A stretch of 64,000 bases of DNA from an uncultured Erysipelotrichaceae bacterium (GTDB taxonomy: Bacteria > Bacillota_I > Bacilli_A > RFN20 > CAG-826): contig CADAIJ010000005.1 of assembly GCA_902787955.1 (NCBI GenBank), positions 34,049 through 98,048 on the forward strand, written 5' to 3'. The position numbers and the translations under genes were made by a program. The notes under the pieces were generated by a model, which saw only the letters and a program-made list of their open reading frames with translations, had not been told where the DNA came from and ran no database searches. Below, piece by piece: positions 46,401-54,612 of the stretch (its first letter is position 1; each line of letters starts with the position of its first letter).

Positions 46401-47540
46401 TTAGCTTGGTTGGCTTAAATCCCAATCAGGATGAGCTTCTTTAACTTTATTAATCGCGTCATTATATAATTCTTCTTCAATTTTGGCGCGACTTGTTAAA
46501 GCGCGTTTCATGGCTTTAGGTTTTCTAGAGTTAGCGTATTGAACTTCTCCTCTAGATTCATCAAGTAAGCCAGCGATTAAAACATATGCTCTAACAGATT
46601 CCATTGATAAGTCGTTTGAGATAAATCTTCTAACTTCATCAGGAATATTTTCTTCGTAATACTTCGAGGCTTCTTCTAAAGATAAAGTAAGAATTTTAAT
46701 ATAAAGTTTTTGAGCAAGTAAACGATATCTTGTTGCATTAGAAATCTTGTCTGGGTTTTCGATAATTTTATCAATCATCTTTTCCGCTTCATGGAAATTT
46801 CTTTTGCCTAAGTTATCATAGACAGAAATGAGGTTTAATGATGCTGTAAATTCAGTAATTTCATCAAACACTTTAATGTTATCAATTTCCTTACCTTCTC
46901 TTTGAAGATTTTCAATTCTCATAAGTTCGTTATAAGCTTCAACGTTAATTGGTTTAGAAATTAAAGTTAAACGATATCCATCAGTCATAGAATCAAGACG
47001 AAGTGGAACAAAGTTATATAAAGCGATCATGGAAGAAACTGCCACAAAGACAATCGCAGTAATTGCGACAATCTTTAAACCGGAATCAGTATTTCCTTTA
47101 CCACTTCCAATTGAATAAAGGATAATTCCTACAATTAATTCAACTAAATAGCCAAGAAGTGGGAACCAAACAAATGCTTTTGGGCTAGATTTTTCACTCT
47201 TTGGAGAGAGAATTGTTTCGCCAGTTAAACCATCGAATGATCTAAAAGCAAATTTCCAATTAGAAGCTGCTTTATAAAAGCAAAATCCTAGAACGTTGAA
47301 GGAAACAATATTGTATTTACCAGCTTTACCACCTAAAACATGGAACACTTCTAACATAATAATGTTAAATAGTAAGGCTCCAAGAATAATTAAGAATGTC
47401 CATAAGTATGACATTCCGGCAGGACCGCTAAAGACTGTGCCAGATTGGAAGATTGGTTGAATAACTAAAAGACCTACTAACAAGGCGATTGTTAGCATGA
47501 GAATATAGACAATAAAACTAGCAATATCTTCTTTTTTCAT
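46401..47540 (-). CDS. Membrane protein, site-2-protease (M50)-like core with degenerate metal site plus C-terminal helical soluble domain
   Basis: The N-terminal half has 5-6 TM segments. LEVFHVLGGKAGK stands where M50 enzymes carry HExxH, and NFVPLRLDSMTDG resembles the NxxPxxxLDG motif. The start is at MKKEDIAS, with GGAGGTG upstream. Confidence 0.6.
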   Translation of the reverse strand: MKKEDIASFIVYILMLTIALLVGLLVIQPIFQSGTVFSGPAGMSYLWTFLIILGALLFNIIMLEVFHVLGGKAGKYNIVSFNVLGFCFYKAASNWKFAFRSFDGLTGETILSPKSEKSSPKAFVWFPLLGYLVELIVGIILYSIGSGKGNTDSGLKIVAITAIVFVAVSSMIALYNFVPLRLDSMTDGYRLTLISKPINVEAYNELMRIENLQREGKEIDNIKVFDEITEFTASLNLISVYDNLGKRNFHEAEKMIDKIIENPDKISNATRYRLLAQKLYIKILTLSLEEASKYYEENIPDEVRRFISNDLSMESVRAYVLIAGLLDESRGEVQYANSRKPKAMKRALTSRAKIEEELYNDAINKVKEAHPDWDLSQPS

Positions 47541-47695
47541 AAAAAACACCTCCATAGGAGTGTATATCAAATTCACCCCTAATCAAGCTTTGGTTAACGA
47601 GTGCCAACCAACGTGTACATTTCGTTAATTTGCTTAGTGGAGTTCTTCTTTCGAAGTAATCAAATTTTAACACGAAACCAATATATATCAAGAAA

Positions 47696-48232
47696 TTATA
47701 TTCTTGCCTTCTTTAAATCACTTAAATATCTAACTGATAAATAGTTCCATAAAACATCGGTTCGTTTTAATAAATCTGCACTCTTTTCTTTACGTTTTGT
47801 GGAAACCCAGAAATTTAATTCTTTCGCCATAATCGTGGAAATATATCTAACTATCATCGAATAATTAACATCCGCTTTTTGAGATTTACTTGCGATGTTA
47901 ATTAAGTGACGATAATAGAATGAAAAAACAAAATCAGAAAATTTATCGCCCGCATATGATTTAACAACTTCAGAAATAAAACGGTACGAAACATTAACAT
48001 AGTTAACAAAAACTTTATTAATAGCTTCAAAATCGTTCATCTTCTTACCAATCCCAATTTTTTCCTTAAGGAAAATGCTCTCGATTACATCGGAGATATC
48101 GCGGTAATGATAATAGAAAGTTTGACGATTAGAATGAACGTAGTCACAAAGCATGACAACGTTTATCTCGCTAAGTGAGACATCATTCATTAGTTCGATC
48201 AAGCCGTCTCTGAATTTTCCTTCGGTTTTCAT
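47696..48232 (-). CDS. TetR-family-like transcriptional regulator (DhaS-like)
   Basis: The ORF is 178 aa. The HTH segment is SLSEINVVMLCDYVHSNRQTFYYHY. The start overlaps the psuG stop (ATGA). Confidence 0.75.
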   Translation of the reverse strand: MKTEGKFRDGLIELMNDVSLSEINVVMLCDYVHSNRQTFYYHYRDISDVIESIFLKEKIGIGKKMNDFEAINKVFVNYVNVSYRFISEVVKSYAGDKFSDFVFSFYYRHLINIASKSQKADVNYSMIVRYISTIMAKELNFWVSTKRKEKSADLLKRTDVLWNYLSVRYLSDLKKARI

Positions 48233-49134
48233 TTTCTTAGTTCACAAAGTTCTTTAGCAACTTTCGCTCCTAATTTAGCGTTATTAATAACTAACTTAAT
48301 ATTTGATTCAAGTGAATCTCCACCAGTTAATTCAACGATACGTTTTAATAAGAATGGTGTAACATCTTTACCTTCAATATGTTTATCTTCGCATTCTTTC
48401 AAAGCTTTAGAGATAGCGCCATTAATGACAACATCATCCATTGCAAATTCTTGTGGAATTGGATTAGCAACTAAGATACCACCATCAAGTTTATAATCGC
48501 GTTTAGCTTTAATGATTGAGGCGATTTCTGCTGGGGAATTTACGATATTTTCCATCTTAATTCCAGAATGTCTTGTATAGAAATCAGCGAATTCATCAGT
48601 TTGATAAGAAAGAACTGGAACACCTTTTGTTTCTAATATTTCTAAAGTAACTTTTAAGTCTAAAATTGCTTTAACACCAGCGGAAACAACAGTTACATTA
48701 GTAGACCCGAGTTCTTCTAAATCACGAGAGATATCAAATGTTTCTTGAACACCGCGATGAGCACCGCCAACACCACCAGTAACAAAGATTTCAATACCAG
48801 CTAAAGCAGCAAAAATCATTGTGGCAGAAACAGTTGTAGCGCCCCATTCTTTTTTAGCAATAACAACAGGGATATCTCTTCGAGATACTTTTTTGATTCC
48901 GCTTCTTTTACCAAATTCTTCAATTTCTTCTGGTGACATACCAATGACTGGTTCGCCATCGATAATTCCGATTGTCGCAGGAATAGCTCCGTTTTCACGT
49001 ACTTCTGCTTCAACCTTCATCGCAGTTTCTACATTTTTTGGATATGGCATCCCGTGTGAAATAATCGTAGATTCAAGTGCCACGACAGGGAGATTATTTT
49101 TTAATGCATATTCGACTTCTTTGTTAATTCTCAT
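48229..49134 (-). CDS. psuG: Pseudouridine-5'-phosphate glycosidase
   Basis: VVALESTIISHGMPYP, VSAGVKAILD and the 301 aa length support the call. Confidence 0.92.
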   Translation of the reverse strand: MRINKEVEYALKNNLPVVALESTIISHGMPYPKNVETAMKVEAEVRENGAIPATIGIIDGEPVIGMSPEEIEEFGKRSGIKKVSRRDIPVVIAKKEWGATTVSATMIFAALAGIEIFVTGGVGGAHRGVQETFDISRDLEELGSTNVTVVSAGVKAILDLKVTLEILETKGVPVLSYQTDEFADFYTRHSGIKMENIVNSPAEIASIIKAKRDYKLDGGILVANPIPQEFAMDDVVINGAISKALKECEDKHIEGKDVTPFLLKRIVELTGGDSLESNIKLVINNAKLGAKVAKELCELRK

Positions 49135-51611
49135 TTGATTTTTCCTTCTCTTTCTAGTTTCTTCATATAAATATCGATTAAATTAACCGCTAATAAGTAG
49201 ATAGAAATTGTGCCAACTGCTACAACAAGCATGATCCACCAGTTGGAACCGTTAATAGTTTCATAAGTTATATCAAAGAAGCTCTTACCAGTCGCAGCCA
49301 TATAAGCAAATTTATCTATGATAAATAGTAATATCATCATTATAAATATCCCAATAGATAAAACAGTACGATATATATCGAATGGGAAACATATTGTAAG
49401 AAGAACAATATAGCTGGTAAACGAGAAAACCATGACAGTCATCGTAATCATAGTTTCTAGATCCATGAAATCTCTATTGTTCCAGTGAATAATCAAGAGG
49501 ATTGTTGCAACTAAAATTTGAATAGCCGCACCTGGAACCGAGTTCTTTAAAATATTTTGGTTGAAAGTATTTTTCAAACGTTCGTTGTTTGGTTGGAACG
49601 CTAAGAAGAATGACGCCATACCAATAGTGAGCAATTCCCAAACATATAAGTTTGGTGTGCTATATGGGAAACTATATGAAGAATCAATCCAACCAAGGAT
49701 TGTAAATAATAAGGTCATAAACGCCGCAAAGAATGTTTTGCATAAGAATAAAGAACAAGTTCTTTGTAAGTTATTAATAACTCTTCTACCTTCTGCAACA
49801 ACATCAGGTAAAGCAGAGAAATTAGAATCTAAAGAGACGAGGTGTGCACTGTTTTTTGCGGCTTGAGAACCTGACGCCATAGCAATAGAACAATCAGCAC
49901 TTCTAAGAGCTAAAATATCGTTAACGCCATCACCAGTCATAGCAACAACGTGTCCTTCTTCTCTCATCGCAGTAACTAAAGCTTCTTTTTGTTCAGGAGA
50001 AACTCGTCCAAACACAGTATATTGATTTGCTATCTTTCTAACTTCATCAAGAGGCATTCCATCTAAAGAAACATACTTATCCGCATCAAGAACACCAACT
50101 TTAGCAGCAATCTTACTAACGCTTAATGCATTATCACCAGAAATAATCTTAGTTGTAACCCCGTTTTTCTTAAACCAGTCAATGTTGGTGATTGCATCAG
50201 GCTTAATATTATCTTCAAGAACTAAAATAGCTTCAGGTTTTAAATTAGATAATGGTTTTTCAACATCAATTGGTTTAGCGCTAGAAACTAAGACCAAAAC
50301 TCTTAAGCCTTCTGCTTCAAACCCTTCACATTTCTTAATTATTTTCTCATCGGATAATCCAACAAATTCTCTAGCTCCAACCGCATAAGTTAAGCCATTT
50401 TTAAGTAAAACAGCCGAGTATTTGCGTTTACTTGAGAAAGGAATTGAAGAATGAACTTCTAATAATTTGTTGTTTTCGAAGGCTCTTAGGAAAGCGTTCG
50501 ATGTGCTGTTAGTGTCGCCTGTACCTTTGGTTAAACTTAATACAATATCACCAATATCGTTCTTGGTTAATTCACCTAAAGTTATTACATCAGAAACATT
50601 CATTGTGCCATCAGTGATAGTTCCGGTTTTATCTAAACAAAGAGTATCAACTCTAGCTAACATTTCGATGCAATAGAGTTCTTGAACAAGCATGCGTTTT
50701 CTACCAAGCCTAATAACACCAACTGCTAAGGTGGAAGATGTTAATAAATACATGCCTGTTGGTATCATAGATACCAAAGAGCCAGAAACGCTAGTAATAG
50801 CTTGTTGGAAGGAAGATCCTTGAACAGTGCCATCAGGATTAAAAGAGAACTTCCCTTGAACTGCATAAGTAATAATTAAGGCTGTACCAAGAGCAACAAC
50901 AAAGAAACCAATAATTTTAAATACGCGCTTTATTGATGTAATGATTTCTGATTTTGGTCTTTTAAATGATCTAGCTTGTTCTTGTAATCTTTCAGCATAA
51001 CTACCTCTACCAATAGTTTTAACAACGATTTTGGCGCGGCCACCTGTTACAAATGAACCGGAAAGAACTTTAGAACCTATTTCTTTTTTAATATCTAAGG
51101 ACTCACCAGTTAATAAAGATTCATTAACTTCTAAACTTCCTTCAATAAGTTCACCATCAACGATAATTTGATCGCCAGTTTTTAAGATTAAGACATCAGA
51201 AAGTACAACTTCTTTTGAACTTACTTCAATTTCTTCTCCGTTTCTTAAAACGATTACTCGAGGAGAAGTAACAACTTGTAATTTATCAACCAATTTTCGT
51301 GCGTGAATATCTTGGTATAAGCCAATTCCAATATTTATTATTAAAATAATAAGAAATGCAAAATATTTAATCTCAACTTGCGCTACCACCATCACAGCGG
51401 CAATCGCAAATAAAAGAATATTAAAAAAGTTAATTAAGTTATCAGATAATATTTTCCAATAAGATTTTGTAACGTGTTTAGGAGGTTTATTAACTAAGCC
51501 TTCTTCAATTCTAGTTTTAACTTGTTCTTCAGTTAAGCCAACACTAGGGTTTATATCAAAACTAGTGGCGTCTTCGATTTGTTTATAAAACTTAGCTAAT
51601 TTCTTTTTCAT
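49131..51611 (-). CDS. Cation-transporting P-type ATPase (HAD-IC family; ion specificity not determinable)
   Basis: TGES, CLDKTGTITDG (phosphorylation site) and MTGDGVNDILAL are present, with about 10 TM segments. Confidence 0.9.
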   Translation of the reverse strand: MKKKLAKFYKQIEDATSFDINPSVGLTEEQVKTRIEEGLVNKPPKHVTKSYWKILSDNLINFFNILLFAIAAVMVVAQVEIKYFAFLIILIINIGIGLYQDIHARKLVDKLQVVTSPRVIVLRNGEEIEVSSKEVVLSDVLILKTGDQIIVDGELIEGSLEVNESLLTGESLDIKKEIGSKVLSGSFVTGGRAKIVVKTIGRGSYAERLQEQARSFKRPKSEIITSIKRVFKIIGFFVVALGTALIITYAVQGKFSFNPDGTVQGSSFQQAITSVSGSLVSMIPTGMYLLTSSTLAVGVIRLGRKRMLVQELYCIEMLARVDTLCLDKTGTITDGTMNVSDVITLGELTKNDIGDIVLSLTKGTGDTNSTSNAFLRAFENNKLLEVHSSIPFSSKRKYSAVLLKNGLTYAVGAREFVGLSDEKIIKKCEGFEAEGLRVLVLVSSAKPIDVEKPLSNLKPEAILVLEDNIKPDAITNIDWFKKNGVTTKIISGDNALSVSKIAAKVGVLDADKYVSLDGMPLDEVRKIANQYTVFGRVSPEQKEALVTAMREEGHVVAMTGDGVNDILALRSADCSIAMASGSQAAKNSAHLVSLDSNFSALPDVVAEGRRVINNLQRTCSLFLCKTFFAAFMTLLFTILGWIDSSYSFPYSTPNLYVWELLTIGMASFFLAFQPNNERLKNTFNQNILKNSVPGAAIQILVATILLIIHWNNRDFMDLETMITMTVMVFSFTSYIVLLTICFPFDIYRTVLSIGIFIMMILLFIIDKFAYMAATGKSFFDITYETINGSNWWIMLVVAVGTISIYLLAVNLIDIYMKKLEREGKIK

Positions 51612-51712
51612 ATAAAACCTGTAATAAAAAGTATGAATTAAAATTCATACAATGTCAAAAAAGAATAATAGAGATTTGGAAAAAATATTTCAAAAAATAT
51701 ATAGGAACTCGC

Positions 51713-52168
51713 CTATTTCGCTCTTTTTTCTTTAAAATAATTTTTAATTATCGATGAGCATTCTTCTTCTAAAACGCCGCCAATAATCTCTGGATGATGA
51801 TTAATATTAGGTGTATCAAAGATATTAACGGATGTTCCTAAGGCACCACCTTTAGGATCTTTTGCACCATAAATAACTCTTCTAAACCTAGACCACATAA
51901 TTGCACCAGCACACATAATGCAAGGTTCAACTGTAACATATAAATCCATGTCACAAAGTCTCCAGTTATTAACTTTCTTTGAAGCTTTTCTAATTGCGTT
52001 TATTTCAGCGTGACTAGTCGCGTCTTGCTCTTTCTCGCGTTTATTATATCCTCTAGCAACTACTTTATTGTTATAAACAATAACACATCCAACAGGTACT
52101 TCATCAATTAAAAGAGCCTTTTTGGCTTCTTTAAGCGCTAGTAACATGAATTTTACATCTTGATTCAT
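51713..52168 (-). CDS. tadA: tRNA adenosine(34) deaminase
   Basis: HAEINAIR and VTVEPCIMCAGAI deaminase zinc motifs are present. Confidence 0.92.
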   Translation of the reverse strand: MNQDVKFMLLALKEAKKALLIDEVPVGCVIVYNNKVVARGYNKREKEQDATSHAEINAIRKASKKVNNWRLCDMDLYVTVEPCIMCAGAIMWSRFRRVIYGAKDPKGGALGTSVNIFDTPNINHHPEIIGGVLEEECSSIIKNYFKEKRAK

Positions 52169-52176
52169 AAATTAAT

Positions 52177-52258
52177 AAACCACCGCACATGCATTATTTG
52201 CTTAAGGCTGCTATGTTCCCATCCTGACCTGGTTCGCAGTAATACATCGCGATGGCTC
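52177..52258 (-). ncRNA. ffs: Small (4.5S-type) signal recognition particle RNA
   Basis: The minus strand reads GCCATCGCGATGTATTACTGCGAACCAGGTCAGGATGGGAACATAGCAGCCTTAAGCAAATAATGCATGTGCGGTGGT. It contains the conserved domain IV core CCAGGTCAGG...GGAA...AGCAGCC and a long closing helix (CCATCGC/GCGGTGG). A TATAAT lies 7 nt upstream. Confidence 0.75.
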
Positions 52259-52282
52259 ATTTATTATATATAAATAAATATA

Positions 52283-52319
52283 AAAAGAAAAGCAGAAGCC
52301 AAAATAACGGACTTCTGCT
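52283..52319 (-). terminator. Rho-independent terminator after serS
   Basis: The minus strand reads AGCAGAAG-loop-CTTCTGCT followed by TTTTCTTTTT. Confidence 0.65.
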
Positions 52320-52340
52320 ATGTTTTTTGATTAATTTAAC

Positions 52341-53621
52341 TTATTTTTTCTTTGGATAAATACGGTCTAAGCCACCCATAAATGGTCTTAAGACTTCTGG
52401 AATAATTACTGAACCATCAGCTTGTTGATATTGTTCAATAATTGCTGGGAAGACACGGCTTGTTGCTAAACCGGAACCATTTAAGGTGCAAGCATATTTA
52501 ACTTTACCTTCTTTATCACGGTAACGGATCATGCCTCTTCTAGCTTGATATGTATGAGCGGTAGAAACAGACGATACTTCTTTAAAGATTCCCATAGATG
52601 GAATATAAACTTCAATATCATAAGTTCTAGCCATAGAAGCACTGATATCTTCGGCGGCTAATTTAGAAACACGGAAGGTTAAGCCGAGTTTTTCCATTAA
52701 AGATACGGCTTTTTTAACTAATTCTTCAAAAGCAGGCATATCTTGTTCTTCGGTAGTATATTGGAACATTTCAATTTTATTAAATTGATATCCTCTAATC
52801 ATACCTCTTTCTTCAGTACGATAGGCACCAGCTTCTTTACGATAGCACGGGGTATAAGCGAAATATTTCTTTGGAAGTTCATTTTCACTTAAAATCTCAT
52901 TACGATGTAAGTTAACTAATGCTGTTTCAGCAGTTGGAAGAATGAATTTAGCAGGTTCAACATCTTTTAATGAGAATACATCATCAATAAATTTAGGGAA
53001 TTGGCCCGCAACATAACCAGATTCATAGTTTAAGATATGAGGTGGAAGAATGAATTCATAACCATCTTTTAAGTGTTCAGAAATGAAGAAGTTTAATAAA
53101 GCCCATTCAAGTTGAGCACCTAAACCAGTATAAACCCAGCAACCATGTCCGGACATCTTAGCGCCTCTAGCATAATCAATTAAGCCAAGAGATTCACATA
53201 GATCAACGTGGTTTTTGGCTTCAAAACCAAATTCTTTAACTTCTCCATAAGAATGGATAACTTTATTGTTTTCTTTTCCGCCTGGAAGTAAATCATCATC
53301 TGGAATATTTGGAAGTGGTAATAAGAAATTTTTAATATCTTCTTCAATCTTTGCTAATTCTTTTTCATCATCAGCAGTTTCAGCTGCAATTTGTTTAACT
53401 CTAGCAAAAATTTGCGTAACATCTCCACCGGATTTCTTAACTTCAGGAACGGAAGCAGATAATTTATTACGTTCTGCTTTCGCATTTTCAACCTTAATTA
53501 ATAATTCTTTACGACGAGAAACTAAGTCTAAGAAAGGCTTAAAATCAACAATGCAACCTTTCTTAGCTAACTTTTTAGCAATTTCTTCTGGGTTTTCTAA
53601 AATAAGTTTTTGATCAATCAT
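52341..53621 (-). CDS. serS: Serine--tRNA ligase
   Basis: An N-terminal coiled-coil arm and class II motifs (..PCYRKEAG.., GSGLATSR) are present. Confidence 0.96.
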   Translation of the reverse strand: MIDQKLILENPEEIAKKLAKKGCIVDFKPFLDLVSRRKELLIKVENAKAERNKLSASVPEVKKSGGDVTQIFARVKQIAAETADDEKELAKIEEDIKNFLLPLPNIPDDDLLPGGKENNKVIHSYGEVKEFGFEAKNHVDLCESLGLIDYARGAKMSGHGCWVYTGLGAQLEWALLNFFISEHLKDGYEFILPPHILNYESGYVAGQFPKFIDDVFSLKDVEPAKFILPTAETALVNLHRNEILSENELPKKYFAYTPCYRKEAGAYRTEERGMIRGYQFNKIEMFQYTTEEQDMPAFEELVKKAVSLMEKLGLTFRVSKLAAEDISASMARTYDIEVYIPSMGIFKEVSSVSTAHTYQARRGMIRYRDKEGKVKYACTLNGSGLATSRVFPAIIEQYQQADGSVIIPEVLRPFMGGLDRIYPKKK

Positions 53622-54612
53622 TTTTAGTATTTCCTTTCAAGACTAATTCATATTCTTTTTCAAGCTCTTCACCGAGATTAGATAAAGAGTTTTCTTTAGC
53701 AAATTCATAAGCTTCATCAATTGTGGAAGCAATATTGCCATCCATATATGTATTAATTAGATTAGCGGTTTCTTCTAATGACACACACGCGTACGCGCGC
53801 GTTTCATTTAAATAAATAGCCTCATCCATTGTTGCTGAGATAATTTGAGTCTTACTAGCCATTGCATCTAATAAAGTTAATGGGGATGCACTATTAGAAT
53901 TAAGAACTAAATATATCGAAGCGTTTTTCATCATGGAACAATAAATCTCGTCATTAACAACTGGTGATAATCTTAAATTGCTTGGAATATTTTTAATCTT
54001 AAATAATTTACGTTCTTTTCCTTCAACTCCAATGAAGAAGAACATATATTTTGGACATAATTTAGCAATCTCAATAATTCTTAAGAGTTGCTCTTTCTTT
54101 TCATATGTACCAATTGAGACGATGAATTTGGTGCCACGTTCGATTTGGTTATAATCAAAGAAAACATTATCGGAGGCATCTCCTGTTAAAACAAAACGGG
54201 ATAAATTAACTCCGGGAGTAACAATTGAAATAGGTGAAATAATGTCATTTTTCACTAGGTAGTCCCGTGCTTTTTCACTTGGAACAAAAATGCGGTCAAC
54301 TTTATTAAGCACTCTACCAGCTTTAACAGATAGCTCTGCTTCGTTACTACTTTTATAGCTTAAGATACGAGCAGCAGGATCGTTTTCACATGTAAGTGCA
54401 CTAAAGACAACCTTCACATTGTTCTCTAAAGCATCATCGATCTTACTTTCATCATCTAAAGAGATAAAATGAACTAAATCATGACGGTCAAATATCGATT
54501 TAGCGTAATCAATATTTTTAATTTCGAGGGCACCTTTGATGTTTTTTCTTAATCTAGCACCCTCAAAATTATCTTTACTTGCTTTAGGCGAAAAATAAAT
54601 GCACGGTTTCAT
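53614..54612 (-). CDS. Glycosyltransferase, GT-B fold (GT4-like, divergent)
   Basis: The ORF is 332 aa. The C-terminal half resembles the GT4 nucleotide-sugar domain (..SIGTYEKKE.., SPLTLLDAMASKTQIIS in place of EX7E). The ATG overlaps the gyrA stop (TAATG), and the 3' end overlaps the serS start. Confidence 0.65.
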   Translation of the reverse strand: MKPCIYFSPKASKDNFEGARLRKNIKGALEIKNIDYAKSIFDRHDLVHFISLDDESKIDDALENNVKVVFSALTCENDPAARILSYKSSNEAELSVKAGRVLNKVDRIFVPSEKARDYLVKNDIISPISIVTPGVNLSRFVLTGDASDNVFFDYNQIERGTKFIVSIGTYEKKEQLLRIIEIAKLCPKYMFFFIGVEGKERKLFKIKNIPSNLRLSPVVNDEIYCSMMKNASIYLVLNSNSASPLTLLDAMASKTQIISATMDEAIYLNETRAYACVSLEETANLINTYMDGNIASTIDEAYEFAKENSLSNLGEELEKEYELVLKGNTKND

